Shown piece after piece: positions 1 through 12,501 of a DNA stretch of 64,000 bases. The stretch covers positions 372,001-436,000 of the forward strand of contig CP145410.1 in the NCBI GenBank assembly GCA_036867785.1, written 5' to 3'. The first letter of the stretch is position 1. Each line of letters starts with the position of its first letter. Under the pieces are notes generated by a model. That model did not search any database. It was not told where the DNA came from and saw only the letters and a program-made list of their open reading frames with translations. The position numbers and the translations under genes are program-made. Origin of the DNA: Plasmodiophora brassicae. Taxonomy: Eukaryota.

Positions 1-418
1 CTGGTGATCCGATGGGCACGCCGCTGAAAGGACAGCTCCGGGAATGACGATTGGGCAACGTCTATACGGCACATTACGACGCGAGCAACACGCCAGCATA
101 TTACGGCGGGCTGACCTGTGCAATTTGCTGGATAAACGCGGTGCGTGCGTGCCCATGCAAACGCTCGCTGGGTTGAACCAGAGCGCGTCGATGACAATAG
201 CCGCACTCTAGCGCGTTGACACCGACGCAGCGCCAACCGCGCGCGCACAGTACCAGCGGTGACAGTTGCGCGTCATGCCGCCACCGATCGACCCGGAACG
301 ACCGCAGCGCGTCCAGCACATTGGTGCCGGGCGGCGGCGCCAACGATGCGGCCAGCGACGATCGCACAGAGTCGCGCGCTTCCCGCCACCGTACCGCGTC
401 GTCCGGTTCGGAAGCCAT
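1..418 (-). CDS. C3HC zinc-finger protein (NIPA/Pml39/Rsm1-like), 5' part; runs off the left edge
   Basis: ATG at 418 (MASEPDD...). LRSF...LSPLVLCARGWRCVGVNALECGYC resembles zf-C3HC. Probable intron donor near 115. Confidence 0.65.
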
Positions 419-671
419 TGTGCGCGGTCCGCCTGTCAGTGACTGCTGCCACGACGGCCCACTGCGGTCCGCTCCTCGCGTGTCGTCAGGCGACTGCAGG
501 ATCACTTGGGGGGACAGATTTTCGAATGGCGCCAAAAGGTTTACTGTGACGCGGCAATGACGGGGCCCATGTTCGCGTGCCTTCTCGAACGTGGCGACGG
601 AGGCGGCTGCTGTCACGGGCGGTGACGCTGCGTATTGCGGTGATGGAGCGCATTGTGCTTATCGAAGGAGC

Positions 672-2149
672 ATGGCTACACCGGCAGACTGCGTCGCGTC
701 TGATGATGCATCGTCGGCGTCGCCGCACGTCCCCGTGTACATTCATCGTACGCGCTCGCAGATCTTCGTAAGGCGTGGCATGGGATTACGCGATCCCGCC
801 AAGTCCGACGGTGGATTGTCTTGGTAGAAGTACACAGAGGACGTGAATCAGCCGGAGCCGTTGCAGGATGTGCAGGATGCCGAAGACGACATCCGCCTGC
901 GAATGAACCGGCATAGCGCTCGTCATCTGTCGAGCGACGTCGTGGCGATGCAGACCGTCTGGTCTTCTATCAATACGGCGAATGACGCGACGAAACCAAG
1001 CCGGGCCCCGATCGGCATTGTCAAGAGCAACCACTCGCTTGTGGAATTCGAGCCCGTTGCCGGTTCGTCGATACGGTCCAAGGTCCCCAGTCTCCACGAC
1101 GTTCGGCTGTCGTGGGGCGAGCGTCCTCGCAACGTTCTCGTTGTACTCAAGCGAGGCCTGTCCGCCGCACGTGTTGTTCTACTGGAGTTAGCGGTCTGGC
1201 TCATCGAGGTCCAGAAGATTAACGTGATCGTAGAGCCAACGGTGAAGGCCGACGTGGAACCTGACGTTGCCCAGCGTCTGTCGTCGTGGGATGGCGACGA
1301 AGCCAAGAAGCGAATTCTGTCAACAGCGGATCTGGTGGTCATCCTGGGCGGAGACGGCACAATCCTCTGGACGAGCCAACTGTTTCATGGAGCTCGATCC
1401 GGTGATATACCCCCCATCATGGCGTTCGCCATGGGCACCCTCGGGTTCATGACCCCATTCCAGGTTGCGGACTGGAAGGGCGATCTCACACACGTCATTG
1501 AAACGTGCCCGGGCATATCGCTCCGGGATCGTTTGGTCTGTAGACATTACGAAAAGGTAACGCCAGTTTGGACGCAAGCGATCACCTTTACCCACGTTCA
1601 CGTAGGACGATGATCCGAATCGGGCTTCTCCTCAGCACGAGTATTCCGTCGTCAACGAAATCTGCATTGATCGAGGTGGCGAGCAGGCGCTGACCAATAT
1701 CGAATGTTTCGCCGATGGCCATTTCGTCACTCGAATTCGCGCCGATGGCGTTATTGTTTCGACCCCAACTGGGTCCACTGCCTGTTAGACAGCGCGTGCT
1801 CCCCACAACCTCTGCTCGCGAAAGTGACGTCGCCATTGCAGATTCACTTTCATGCGGTGCGAGCATCGTTCACCCATCGTGCCGGTCGATCCTGTTGACG
1901 GCGATATGCCCTCACAGCCTCAGTTTCCGTCCCATCGTCTTCTCGGCCGGTGTGACCATTACACTGCGATCACAGTTGCCGGCGTCGGCCACGTTCGATG
2001 GTGCCCGACGAGTAGCCCTGCAGGCTGGCGACACTGTCCAAGTCCAGACGTCGCAGTACCCATTGGCTTTCGTATGCAAGGAGAGCGAATCAGCGGACTG
2101 GCTCAGAAACATAAGTACCAGTCTGCACTGGAACTCCAAGTCGTGCTGA
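672..2149 (+). CDS. NADK: NAD(H) kinase, 4 exons (introns 768-827, 1557-1605, 1784-1841)
   Basis: GGDGT, GTLGF, NE and ADGVIVSTPTGSTAYSLSCG motifs are rebuilt in frame across GT-AG introns. Confidence 0.93.
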
Positions 2150-2150
2150 G

Positions 2151-2890
2151 TCAAGTTCCCATTACACTACAGTATGTTGGGACCCATGTTATGATGCCTG
2201 ATTTTACAGCCGGTTTTCGCATATTCCACGTGTCACTCTCACCGGGCCCATGAATCAATCGTGGCGATGATGGTGGTAGCAGTGGGGTGGTATGGAGCAG
2301 CGAGGTTCGCGACGTTTTCGCGTGATCCCTGACGATATTCACGACATCGGCTGACGGTCATGGTTTCAAGTGAAGCATTGCCGTCAATTACGTTGCGCTG
2401 TACCACCTACAGTTGTGGAGAAGAGTTTCTGTCGCTTCACCAGCCAGCGAGTACGCTTGCCGGCCGAATGCGTGGATGGCTGAATGTCGTACACGCCGGC
2501 GAACGTAGTCCATGGAAACCCCTTCCGCAGACGAGCGTCGCCATTCATTTAGAATCGCTACAGTTTTCTGCCGCTTTTCCTCGTCCTGTAAAGACTCATC
2601 TCCTTCCGCTTCGAAGCATGAATTTGCGTGCACATTCGCTGGTACAGTGTAACGTGAATACGGTATAACATCGTTGAGCCAAGCATTAATGTGAGCGTCG
2701 TGATCCACTAAATTATCGCTCCCGCGTCTGAAGAGCTGCTACCGTTTATTGTTCTGTCGTGTCGCGCGCGAATCTCGGCGATCAAGCTTTGGTTGTTCAC
2801 ATGAGCGTCAACGGGATGAGTAAGTGCCGGAATAGTTGAAGTGCAGCACAAGTTTGTACTAGAGCTACAAGGCCGACCGTACAACCCCAT
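2151..2890 (-). CDS. Hypothetical spliced protein; start uncertain
   Basis: Three consecutive minus-strand ORFs (2708-2890, 2388-2708, 2151-2342) can be joined by GT-AG sites. No recognisable domain. Confidence 0.3.
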
Positions 2891-3783
2891 TGGCCTATAC
2901 GCCTTTCTTAGAATATTGGGTTACATTGTGAAGACCGGAGTGCCAAGTAGGTAGGTCATTGGCCTCCCAGGCCGCAACAGTTATTGTTGCTTTCAGTGAA
3001 GCGGGCCTACGAATACGCTGGAGGTGGATCGTCCACGTTGCTGACGGGATGCCCGGGGTTGACACCGCCCTGGAACGCTGACTGCGGGTCCTGTTGAAGT
3101 GGGGCAAGACACAGCCGTGGCACGTACGGAGGTTGCTGAACGGGTTCAACAGACGAAACCGCCATCGCCGGATGAGCCGAACGTTCGTTTTGACACTAAG
3201 CAAAGAGTTCGCCAAATGAACTTTCATGCTCCACGTAAAACACTGAGAGAGCGAAAATACCTGGACAGGCCGACCTGGCTCATGCTCCTGATTCTGCCCT
3301 GGAATCGCGTTTGGTTCAGGGTTTGGTGACTCCTGTTGAGGTGGCTCCGGGTTCCTAGCATGGGCTGAACAGCGGTAATGAGAGGAGACCCTGTGCCGTG
3401 TTTTGATGCCTGCCAACTAACCACGATCCCACGCCTTTCGGAAGCACCTGCCATCCGCGTACGTGTCACAACCGAGGCGACGAGTTCCCAAACTCATTTG
3501 ACAGTATACCATGCGAACATGAAGCAGCAAGCCAGAGCGCCAACGCACCCGTCGATCCGTCGCAGGTGATGGCGCCGCCTCCCGAAATGCCGGTGATGAT
3601 GCTGATGGTGACGACGACGCCCCATACTGTGGAAACGATAGTACTATTCTCGCGTGCCTGTCCGAGATTTGCGGCGGCAAGGTGACGTCATTGGGAAAGC
3701 TTCTATCAACATGGCTACGGACAGATCGACAGACACGTTTAGATGGTCCAATAACGTATGCTGCATTGATCGCGGTTAATGGA

Positions 3784-4394
3784 TTAAGAGTACGGCGGAG
3801 GTGGATCCATCCCCTTGCTGCCAGGGTACCCGTAGCTGGCATTCTGGACGGCGGGCTGCTGGTACTGCTGAGGCGGTACGAATTGCTGCTGTTGCTGCCC
3901 ATGCTGCGGCTGTTGGACGTATTGTACAGGCGCTGCCACCATCACCGGACGACCAGATGCATCGTACAATTGCTGAAGGCGGGATCCGTCAGTAAAATGG
4001 CAACGAACTCTGATACAGGAAACGGACTTGGACAGGTCGGCCCGATGCATCGTAGAATTGTTGCGGTTGTTGGGCGTAGGCCTGCTGCTGACCCGGGTAC
4101 CCGTTTGGAGCGCGTTGCTGACCTGGGTACCCACCTTGTGCAGCATGTTGCGGTTGCTGAGGTTGTGCCTGATTCTGGTTGTTCTTACTCGAACCTGAAG
4201 AGCCACTAGTAAGCACACGTCGGATGACAACATGGATCCCGAGCGCACCGTCATCGCAGATCTTCTTGCAGCACCTGTCGTCCGCGTGTCAGATTCGAAA
4301 CGCACCGTCAGATCACTTGACAATAGTACCAGCAGCATAGAAAGCAGCAGGCGAGCTCCTCGATGCATCCGCACAGGTCGCCCAGGTCGCCCAT
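3784..4394 (-). CDS. Small protein with N-terminal Cys-rich segment and Gln/Pro-rich tail ending PPPPYS (4 exons)
   Basis: Exons 4394-4330, 4274-4249, 4194-4028 and 3972-3784 splice in frame: MGDLGDLCGCIEELACCFLCCWCCKKICDDGSSKNNQ...MDPPPPYS. Confidence 0.8.
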
Positions 4395-4622
4395 CGCGCC
4401 AACGTGACACGTGCACCGGCGGCGGCGGCGGCGGCCACTTTGCAGCCGGAGTTGCTCTGCGCTCCGCGGCTTTCCAGAAGAAAATCAATACCAAACCCGA
4501 CTCGCGTTCCAGAAAACGCTGTTTTTGCCACGTCAGCGACTGCGAAAAAGCTGCACGACAGGAGCACCTGGAAACAGACTCAGAGCGAACAGTATGACGC
4601 GTTACAGGAATGGCAGAGGGGA

Positions 4623-6513
4623 TCACAGTTGTTTAATCATGTACGGCCCCACAAGCTCGTAGCCCAGCTTTCGATAGTAATGGCGGGTGCCGACGCCGGA
4701 GATGACCGCGACCTGCCTGCTACAGTGCTCGTCACGCGCGATTCGCTCGGCTTCTTCCATGAGCAGGCGGCCGTATCCACGGTGCTGTTGCAGCGCATCG
4801 AGGCCCAGCCCAGATCTGGCGACATTGTTGTCGCCAACGTGCACAGCGGTTCCGTAGACGTGAAGTTCACGGATCAACGACGTCGGGGACGACGTCAGCT
4901 CAGGACGGAACGTCTGCTTGCCGCAGCGACGCAGCCGAAGCATGCCAACCAAAGTGTCTTGCTGTGCGTCTTCATAGGACAGGAACGTCTCCCAGTCTCC
5001 GTTTGCAACGTAGTCGCGTCGGATCAATTCGACCTGGGTGGGAATCATACCCTGATGCAGTGAGCGCATACCTGCCTCCCTTTCGAAACGACTCAGTCGG
5101 GATGCTTTGTAAAGACACCTGACGCGATTGCATACCGGGTACGGACGTCGCGGCACACGAGGCCGAGGTCGTTCATGCGCTGGAGGACTTGCTCGCGAAG
5201 ATTCCCAGTGTCAACTCCTGACGACGATACCAACGGGAGTGGGATGTCGCGTTGGATCCGGTAGATTCGGGTCCACGGCGGGACCAACGACAGCGCGTGT
5301 GCCAGCAGGTCAACCAACTGCTGTGGCGAATACGGCTTGTACACACCCGCCTTCCACAGCTCGTACAGGCCGGTCCCCCGGATGACGCTACAATAGCGGG
5401 TCAATGACAATGCGGGTGCATACCGCCAGCGAAGGAACGTACAGCGTCGGGTATATCTTCAAGCCATCAGGTCGGAAGTCGGGGTTCTCGAACAGCTCTT
5501 TGAAGGACAGGAGGTCGCGCTGAAGGCCGACATTTGGAAGGTCAGGCATGATGTGCGAGACAACTTTGTATCCAGCATCCTTGGCGATTTCGAAGGCTTT
5601 CGTCACCGCCTGAACGGTGTGTCCACGGTTCGTGTCGCGGGCGACGTCTTCATAGACTGACTGGACCCCGATCTCAAGCCGAGTACAGCCGTACGAAAGC
5701 ATGTCGGAGATGTGCGGGCGAAGGCAGTAGTCGGGACGAGTCTCGATTGTGATTCCAACACACTTCCGAAGTGATTCTTCGCTCCACCTGACCGCCTCTT
5801 CGATGGACTGGCTGTTGTGCCCGCTGAGCGCATCGTGCAGTCTCGAGACGAACATCTCTCGATACGCTTTCGGAAGCGACATGAACGTGCCTCCCATGAT
5901 GATGTACTCGACCTTATCGGTTTCATGCCCCAGTGACTTCAACTGTTTCAATCGTTCACGAGCCTGTTCGTATGGATCATAACGAGCCCGAATTGCTCGC
6001 AGCGAGGTCGGTTCGTATCTGAAACCGACGATTTAGACCACACTAGAAACAGGCGAAGACCATACCCATGCCGTACCCAGTGTACGATTGCGTCGAATAC
6101 TCAAAGTCGCTGTCAGGACCCCCTGGACAGTAAATGCAGACGTTGCCAGTCATGGCAATATGCGGGCATCGATGTGGCTTGCACATGACCTATGGGTTCA
6201 TTGAGTGATGAAGACAAGGTGACACTATGGTAATAAATCATACAGCGACGACAGCTACACCCGACGCAGTGCGAACCGGTCGAGCACGAAGCAATGGCAG
6301 CAACCGGTGGCGATGTTGTTTCGGACAGGCCTCGACCAGCTCCACACGCTTCGGATGCGAGCATCTGTACTTCTTCGTAATCTTCCTCGCAATCTTCACT
6401 ACATCCACATCGTCGCCCTTCGACATCGTTAGCGCATTGAGGACCTCATTGACGACAAGCGACGCGATCGCCAGACGACCAGGCGTCTCTACACCAGGCT
6501 CCTGCCGTCCCAT
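4623..6513 (-). CDS. ELP3: Elongator complex protein 3 (radical SAM + GNAT), multi-exon
   Basis: [22 protein letters not shown]...[34 protein letters not shown] and [15 protein letters not shown]. Confidence 0.97.
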
Positions 6514-6666
6514 GGTCGCGCGTGCAGGATCCGACGCACCGTCACGGACTCCGTCAACTCCGCGGCGATGCGAAGGTCATCTCATCCAAACGCGTTCCCC
6601 GGTCCCGCCCGGCTTTGGTAAAAGTATACAAACTGTTTATGGATACAGGCGTGTCCTATGCTAAGC

Positions 6667-8628
6667 CTATTGGCCAGCTTGCCGCTTGGCAAGAATCGTC
6701 TGTTTAAGGGAGTACAAGCGGAACGTTAGGAGCTTGTAAAGGTCGAAGTCGTTGTAGCTGGAGGCTCGTTCATGAGCGGCCTCAGCCAGGTCGAGGTCAC
6801 CGGCTTTGACTTTCCACAGGGCGTATGTCGTCCAAGCCCAGGCAACCACCCCGTCAGCATTGGCACGAGGATCCAGGGACCTGGAATCCTCGAAGACGAC
6901 CTTGTATTCCCGTTCGGCAGCGCCTGTATTCCCATTACTGCTGTAGATGTATGCCCTGTACGTGTGATATCGAAGTTGATCTCCAACGCTCCAGGAAGTC
7001 GAGCCGTATCGTCGCAGTTCATCGTCGAGAAGTTCAAGTGCCGTCATTGAAACCTGTAGAGCAGCTGCTAAGCCAGATTCTATCGGTGCTGTCCCATAGA
7101 GAGCGGTCCGACATCGTGGGACATTGACGGGAACGCGTTCCAAACGAGTAGCAGCTCAAATGCATCCAACACGCATCCTCCTGCTTTCTTAGTGAACTGT
7201 GACGCCTATAACGACGAGAGCATACGTGTCAGGAAACCGCTGAACAAGCACAATGGCAGCGTACTTTGCGGAGGCAATAACTGTCCATTGGACGCAACTT
7301 GCCCGTTATCAACCCAGGAACGTCATTGAAGCACTCCATGGCGATTTCATCCTTGCCAGCGCAAAGGAGACAGATGCCGCGATGGTACATGTAGAAGCCA
7401 CGTATGTTGGAGTTCTTCGTGATGCCGCCTTCAACAAGCTGGACATCAACGGAGGCGTTCAGCCAAAGGCGAGACTGTTCACGAGAGCAACCACGTACGA
7501 TTCGCTCTAGGTGCTCGGCCGCATCTGTGAATTGCAACTGAATGAAGTTGCACCATGCGAGCTCATATGAAATCAACTGGCGAAATGCAGGCATCGAGCC
7601 AGCAACGTCCATGGCCACGGTTAACGATGATAATGCCTGTCAGGTCTATAAGAAAAGAGGCAGACCTCATACAGAGCCATATCACCTGTGACATCTCGGC
7701 CCGCGTCCGGTGAAGACGTGATGCAAAGTAGAGGAAGAAGAAGGAGTTGGGGATTCGGCTGCCGGCCCAGGCGATGATCTGGCTGGCTCGATCAAGGTCG
7801 GCCTCAGTTTGCGACCCGATATGTGTAGAGATCTGGACGAAATAGGACAGCAGGCACAGTGCAGAAACCGGGCTGAACAGATGGCCACCGCTTTGCGATT
7901 CGTGTAACAGGCGAAGGCCGTCGGCTCTGTCGGATTTGAACCCGAGAACCCCTACAGGATGATGGTAAAGACAGGATTGGAAGAAACAAGTCGTCAACGG
8001 AACCTGCAACATATACGACTGACGGCGGGAGGATAGACAGGAAGAGGTTGAAGACACCGAGCCCGAACTGAATGCCGCTCTTCAGGTCATCCTTGTCTAC
8101 GCCCTCATACGTTTCTAGCATGACAGCGGCCTCGTCGTACATCCGTCTGGACTTCTTCAGGTTCCACGCCGCCTTAACGTACGACTCCTGCAGAATCTGG
8201 ATCAGCGCCCCGAGTAGATGCGTCTCTCCTGAGAGTACGCCGTGCGTTAGTTCGGTGTCAGTTAAAGGCTGTGCCTTCCCTTGCGACTAACCTTGAACGA
8301 GCTTGCCTTCGACAGTCGGGGACCCTCGACCAACGAGCTCTGCCGCCCACATGCACTTCAAGCTCTCGTCGAGTTCTGCCTTCCCGAACGTGACGATGCC
8401 TAGGTGCACACACACGGGGACATCATTGACCGTCTGCATGGGGGATCGCGTGAATCTGGCACCTTTGACGAACACGGTCAAGGCATACAGCGATTGTATC
8501 CGCGGCCGCCCAGGAAATTTGACGTTCTGTTCCTGCAGGAACCGCTGGCACTCCTCGAACCGGTTCGTGAGCAACAGCTCGAGACCTCGATGGGCGGCAG
8601 ACGTCTCGCGCTCACATTCGCCCGACAT
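6667..8628 (-). CDS. TTC39/IML2-family TPR protein, multi-exon
   Basis: GLELLLTNRFEEC, KSGIQFGLGVFNLFLSILP, LGFKSDRADGL, YELAWC and YNDFDLYKLLTFR match the TTC39/DUF3808 pattern. Confidence 0.8.
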
Positions 8629-9124
8629 GACGACGAGATACTGGGATACGCCCCAGTGATTCACTGCGCCGACAGGCATGCGACTGCTGTCGGCCGAGAT
8701 CTCGCCCTCGCGTTTCGAGCGCCATAACCGCATGCCGACCCTCATTGACGGGATGCAGTTAGTCGCCCCAGTTCGCTAACTAGGCGACGCGTGCCAGTCC
8801 CACAGTGAAATGTCGATCAAGAGCCTGTCCACAGGCGCCGCCCGCGATGACGTTAACGGCGCACGACTGTCGCGAGCCGGAACTGGGACCTGCCCCGAAA
8901 TGGGACATGCCTCTTGACCATGCGATGAACCGTGCAGTTTCAGTGTACAGTGTGTCAGCAAGCGGTCTTTCGTCGAGCGCGACTGGGATGCGGTAGCACT
9001 CAACGGGGACGAGGGTCTGCACCTGACGGCTGACGGCCCGCTCAAACCGTCACTCCAATCTCCATACGACGCAATTGCGTGACGACTGACGACTGCAGAG
9101 GGACCGCGTCAGGCGACAGACGCC

Positions 9125-9474
9125 ATGCCTGATGATGACAACGAGTTCCGGGGTGCAATCGTCGACCGGCTGTTCCGAGCTACGCTGTCGACCTCGGGCG
9201 TGAAAGGTTGCCGATGCGCGATGTGCTCCATGGTCGACAATCTGACGGTTGACACCGTGTGTGCAGTGTCGAAGGAGGCGCGGGAGCTGACGGCGTTCTA
9301 CATGAAACAGGTTGTTTTAGGTGGGACCGATGCAGTCAATGTGTAGCGGCGCCCCTGACCACAACCCTGCTTGCAGATGTCCTCCGCCGGTCGACGGCGA
9401 CTGCGATGGACGATTTCGTTGACACGGACGCCCTTGATTGCATCGTTTTTGATACGCTACTCGAGCTGACGTAG
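9125..9474 (+). CDS. CENPX: CENP-X / MHF2 histone-fold protein (3 exons)
   Basis: The spliced product FRGAIVDRLF...KVSKEARELTAFYMKQVVLDVLRRS...VDTDALDCIVFDTLLELT resembles CENP-X along its length. Confidence 0.75.
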
Positions 9475-9990
9475 CAGCACTCGGGTTATGGTCTTATATG
9501 TAATATATAACCACACACAGCATCTTGGTGGATATCTGCATGTTAGTTGTCAGACGTTCCGCTTGACGGTGACGGAATCAGCGACACCGACCATAAAGAG
9601 GTTAAACGGGCACGGGACAGCAAGATGCCGTCGGTCATCTCATCCGCCCACATCATACCAATGAGGTCATCGCCATACCTGCGGAAACGTGGCCACACAC
9701 ACACACACCATATCCTTTAGCGACAATGTCAATTTCCGTCTCATTCAGTAGCAGACGACAGATTGTCCACACACCTGTTACAGGAACAACACGATCTTCC
9801 GTCGTCCAGAACCACATTGAGCCACTCTGTCGGAAAAGGGTGTCATTCCTGAAGTACCAGAAGGCCTACGATTCGAAGCCATGATTGGGGACATGGCCCG
9901 ATCAGCCGGGCGGTCACTGATCTGGCTGAAAGGGTCAGCCATCGGAGACGTCATGCATCGGTGCATGCGAAGCGTGGCACGCCTCCGTAT

Positions 9991-10131
9991 GTAGGTCTGA
10001 CTTGAACTGGCTTCGAAGACCACAAGGCGCCAGAGACAACGTAACATCGCTCAGCATGCAACGGGCGAGGTGGTTGTATTGCCAGTACGCCCATGGTATC
10101 ATTGATATCCCTGGGAAACGTCCTGAGCAGG
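9991..10131. repeat. Dispersed repeat copy A (inverted relative to 43971-44132)
   Basis: Shares CTCAGCATGCAACGG, AGGTGGTTGTATTG and TATCCCTGGGA with the reverse complement of the 44 kb copy. Confidence 0.8.
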
Positions 10132-10280
10132 TCCTGAAGGCCGATACCACGGACAAGGTCGCTGAACAAGATAGCGTGTCACTCGTTTCTCGCCTTTGCA
10201 TTCAATGTCGTTAGCCTCAGCTTCGTTGACCGTGATGTGGTTTCCCTGTGTGTTTAAGGCAACAACACCTTATGTACATT

Positions 10281-12309
10281 TTATCGTGGGTTTAAAGATG
10301 GTTTGCGACCTCGCTGAAACAGCGCATCAGCGAATGTAACTGGGCGATTGCCAGCGTGCGATTCAGGGCCCGCCACGGCGAGCGAGAAATTCTGCTCGAC
10401 AAGCTGAGGATCGTCGTCGAGAGCAACAATGTCCTCATCATCAGCCAGAGAAACATTGTCGTCTGCGGCTTCCTGCGGGTTATTATACTCCAAACACGCG
10501 TCGTTGAGGTTCGACGCGGTGACGGTATGCAGCGCGCCTTTGGAAAAGAACGACTCAATTGTCGTCTGCTGTAGAGGCTTATCATCATCCTCGCCGGCCA
10601 ACGAACTCAGCCGTAATCCCATCAGCCGCAGGTGCAGCGGATACAATTGTCGAAGCAGGTGGAGGCCGACTTGTACGATCTCGTCTACACGCCAAATGAA
10701 GCTACGGTATGGAAGTCAGATGGTGCACGAAACGGCATGACGGATTCCTACTGGGGCAAACTCATCGACCTTGACGTGACTTTGAAGTCGACTGATTTAA
10801 CGACTAGTGTCAGAGTCTTGCCTTTGTACTTCCCTCGCAGGTCTTCCACAAGCATGGCAGCAATCTCTCTGAGCTTCCCCTCCAAGTCGACAGAGTGTTT
10901 CAACGAACGAAACGTTCTCGATACGCTGACGCTCTTGCGAGGTTGAAACTCCAGATCGGTTTCGCTGCGCTTGGACCTGCCAATGCCGACCATGACGCGC
11001 ATCAGCCAGTCCAGGGAACGAGGCGAAAACGCTCTCTGTGCCCGGAACACCTGCCGATGCTCCAACATCAGGAAACCGACGCTGCCCAAACGATAACCAC
11101 AGCACGACCGACATGCTGCAAGAACTGACCACATGTGCCCACCCCGATCTCTTTCAGTATCTGTCCAAAGTGCTCTTATCAGCGCTACGCGATGCGCCAG
11201 ACGGCACACTGAACATTACGCGCTCGGTGACTCGCCCGACTCTAGGTATCTTCCGGGTCGGCAGGTCATACATAAATTTGGCAATTGCTTCGCGTGTACT
11301 CTCGAGGCAGAACTGGCCGTTAGGTTTCCCCATATCGGAGCAAATCTAGCAGCATACGTCAGCCAGGTCTCAACAACACACACAATCAACGATTACCTTG
11401 GCAAGCATCTGGTTGCAGGCGATGCCGGCGCTAGCCGTTAATCCTCGTGTCGCTGTGCAGACTCTGTCCCGAATAGCCTGTGCGACCTGCGAACCGGTCA
11501 TGCCGGCATGGTCTGCCAGGTAGTCGGTAACATCAAGGGCCGCCTCGTCCAGCGACCACGACGAGTATTGCGGGTCGTACTCGGCGAATATGGCACGGCA
11601 GCGACTAGCAGCTTCCTTGTACGCGTCGAAATCTGGAAGCAGATCAGCCACGACGAGACACACGCGTACAGCGTCTCTGTCCATACCGTGCTTTACGAAG
11701 ACTAGATCCGGGCAGAGCTTGACAGCAATAAACCCTGGCGCACCACTATCAGAAGATCCCGGGCAAGGGAACGTCCCAGCAAGTACCTGGCATGGCGCTT
11801 CGTACACCGTACTGCCTAGCGACATAGTTCGCCGTCGATATCATCTGCATGCCGCCAACGGCAACTGGTTTCCCAACAAGCGACGGATCGTCCCGCATGG
11901 CAACGGCGGCGAAGAACTGATCCATATCGATATGGATCCAGGTCCTGGAAAGCACGATCCCGTCAATCAGTTGCCGGGCGCGCGCAGTGGCCTCCACCGT
12001 CGCCCGTCGTTCCTCGTCTGGATCAACGTTGACGAACCGCTCCTTGAGCGCCTCCAGCTGAGCAGTGACCCGCTCCGCCTGGCGCTGCTGATTGCGGAAA
12101 TACGCCGAGTCTTTGCTGGCCTCGTAAATCACCTGGTGCGTTCGCTGCACGTCGATCCCGCCCATGCCCGCCTTCTGCCCCGTGAAATGGAATAAATGCT
12201 TATGCGATGTGCCGACATCGTCGCCCAGCGGCCCGTCTGCGTTGTCGTCGTCGTCGCCGCTGCTGCTGCGCGACTCACGGCCATCCGCGTCGGCATCGGC
12301 ACCCATCAT
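10281..12309 (-). CDS. POLK: DNA polymerase kappa (Y-family, DinB), multi-exon
   Basis: N-clasp KAGMGGID...[40 protein letters not shown] and [10 protein letters not shown]. Confidence 0.95.
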
Positions 12310-12501
12310 CACGCGTGGCCAACGGCGGCAACTCCGATTTCCGCCCAGTCGTCCATCGCTCGCTGCATCACGGTGGCGGGTGGCCACTGCCAGCTTCTAT
12401 TTCGGTTGACTCAGGGGGCAGCGCCAGCCTACCCATCTGCGCATGACCAGGTGTGCTGGACCAGTGGTTGTATACCCGTCATGTTCATTCGGGCGCAACG
12501 A

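Noticed and set aside
9694-9709. (CA)n tracts here and near 20685
   Set aside because: Short ordinary microsatellites.
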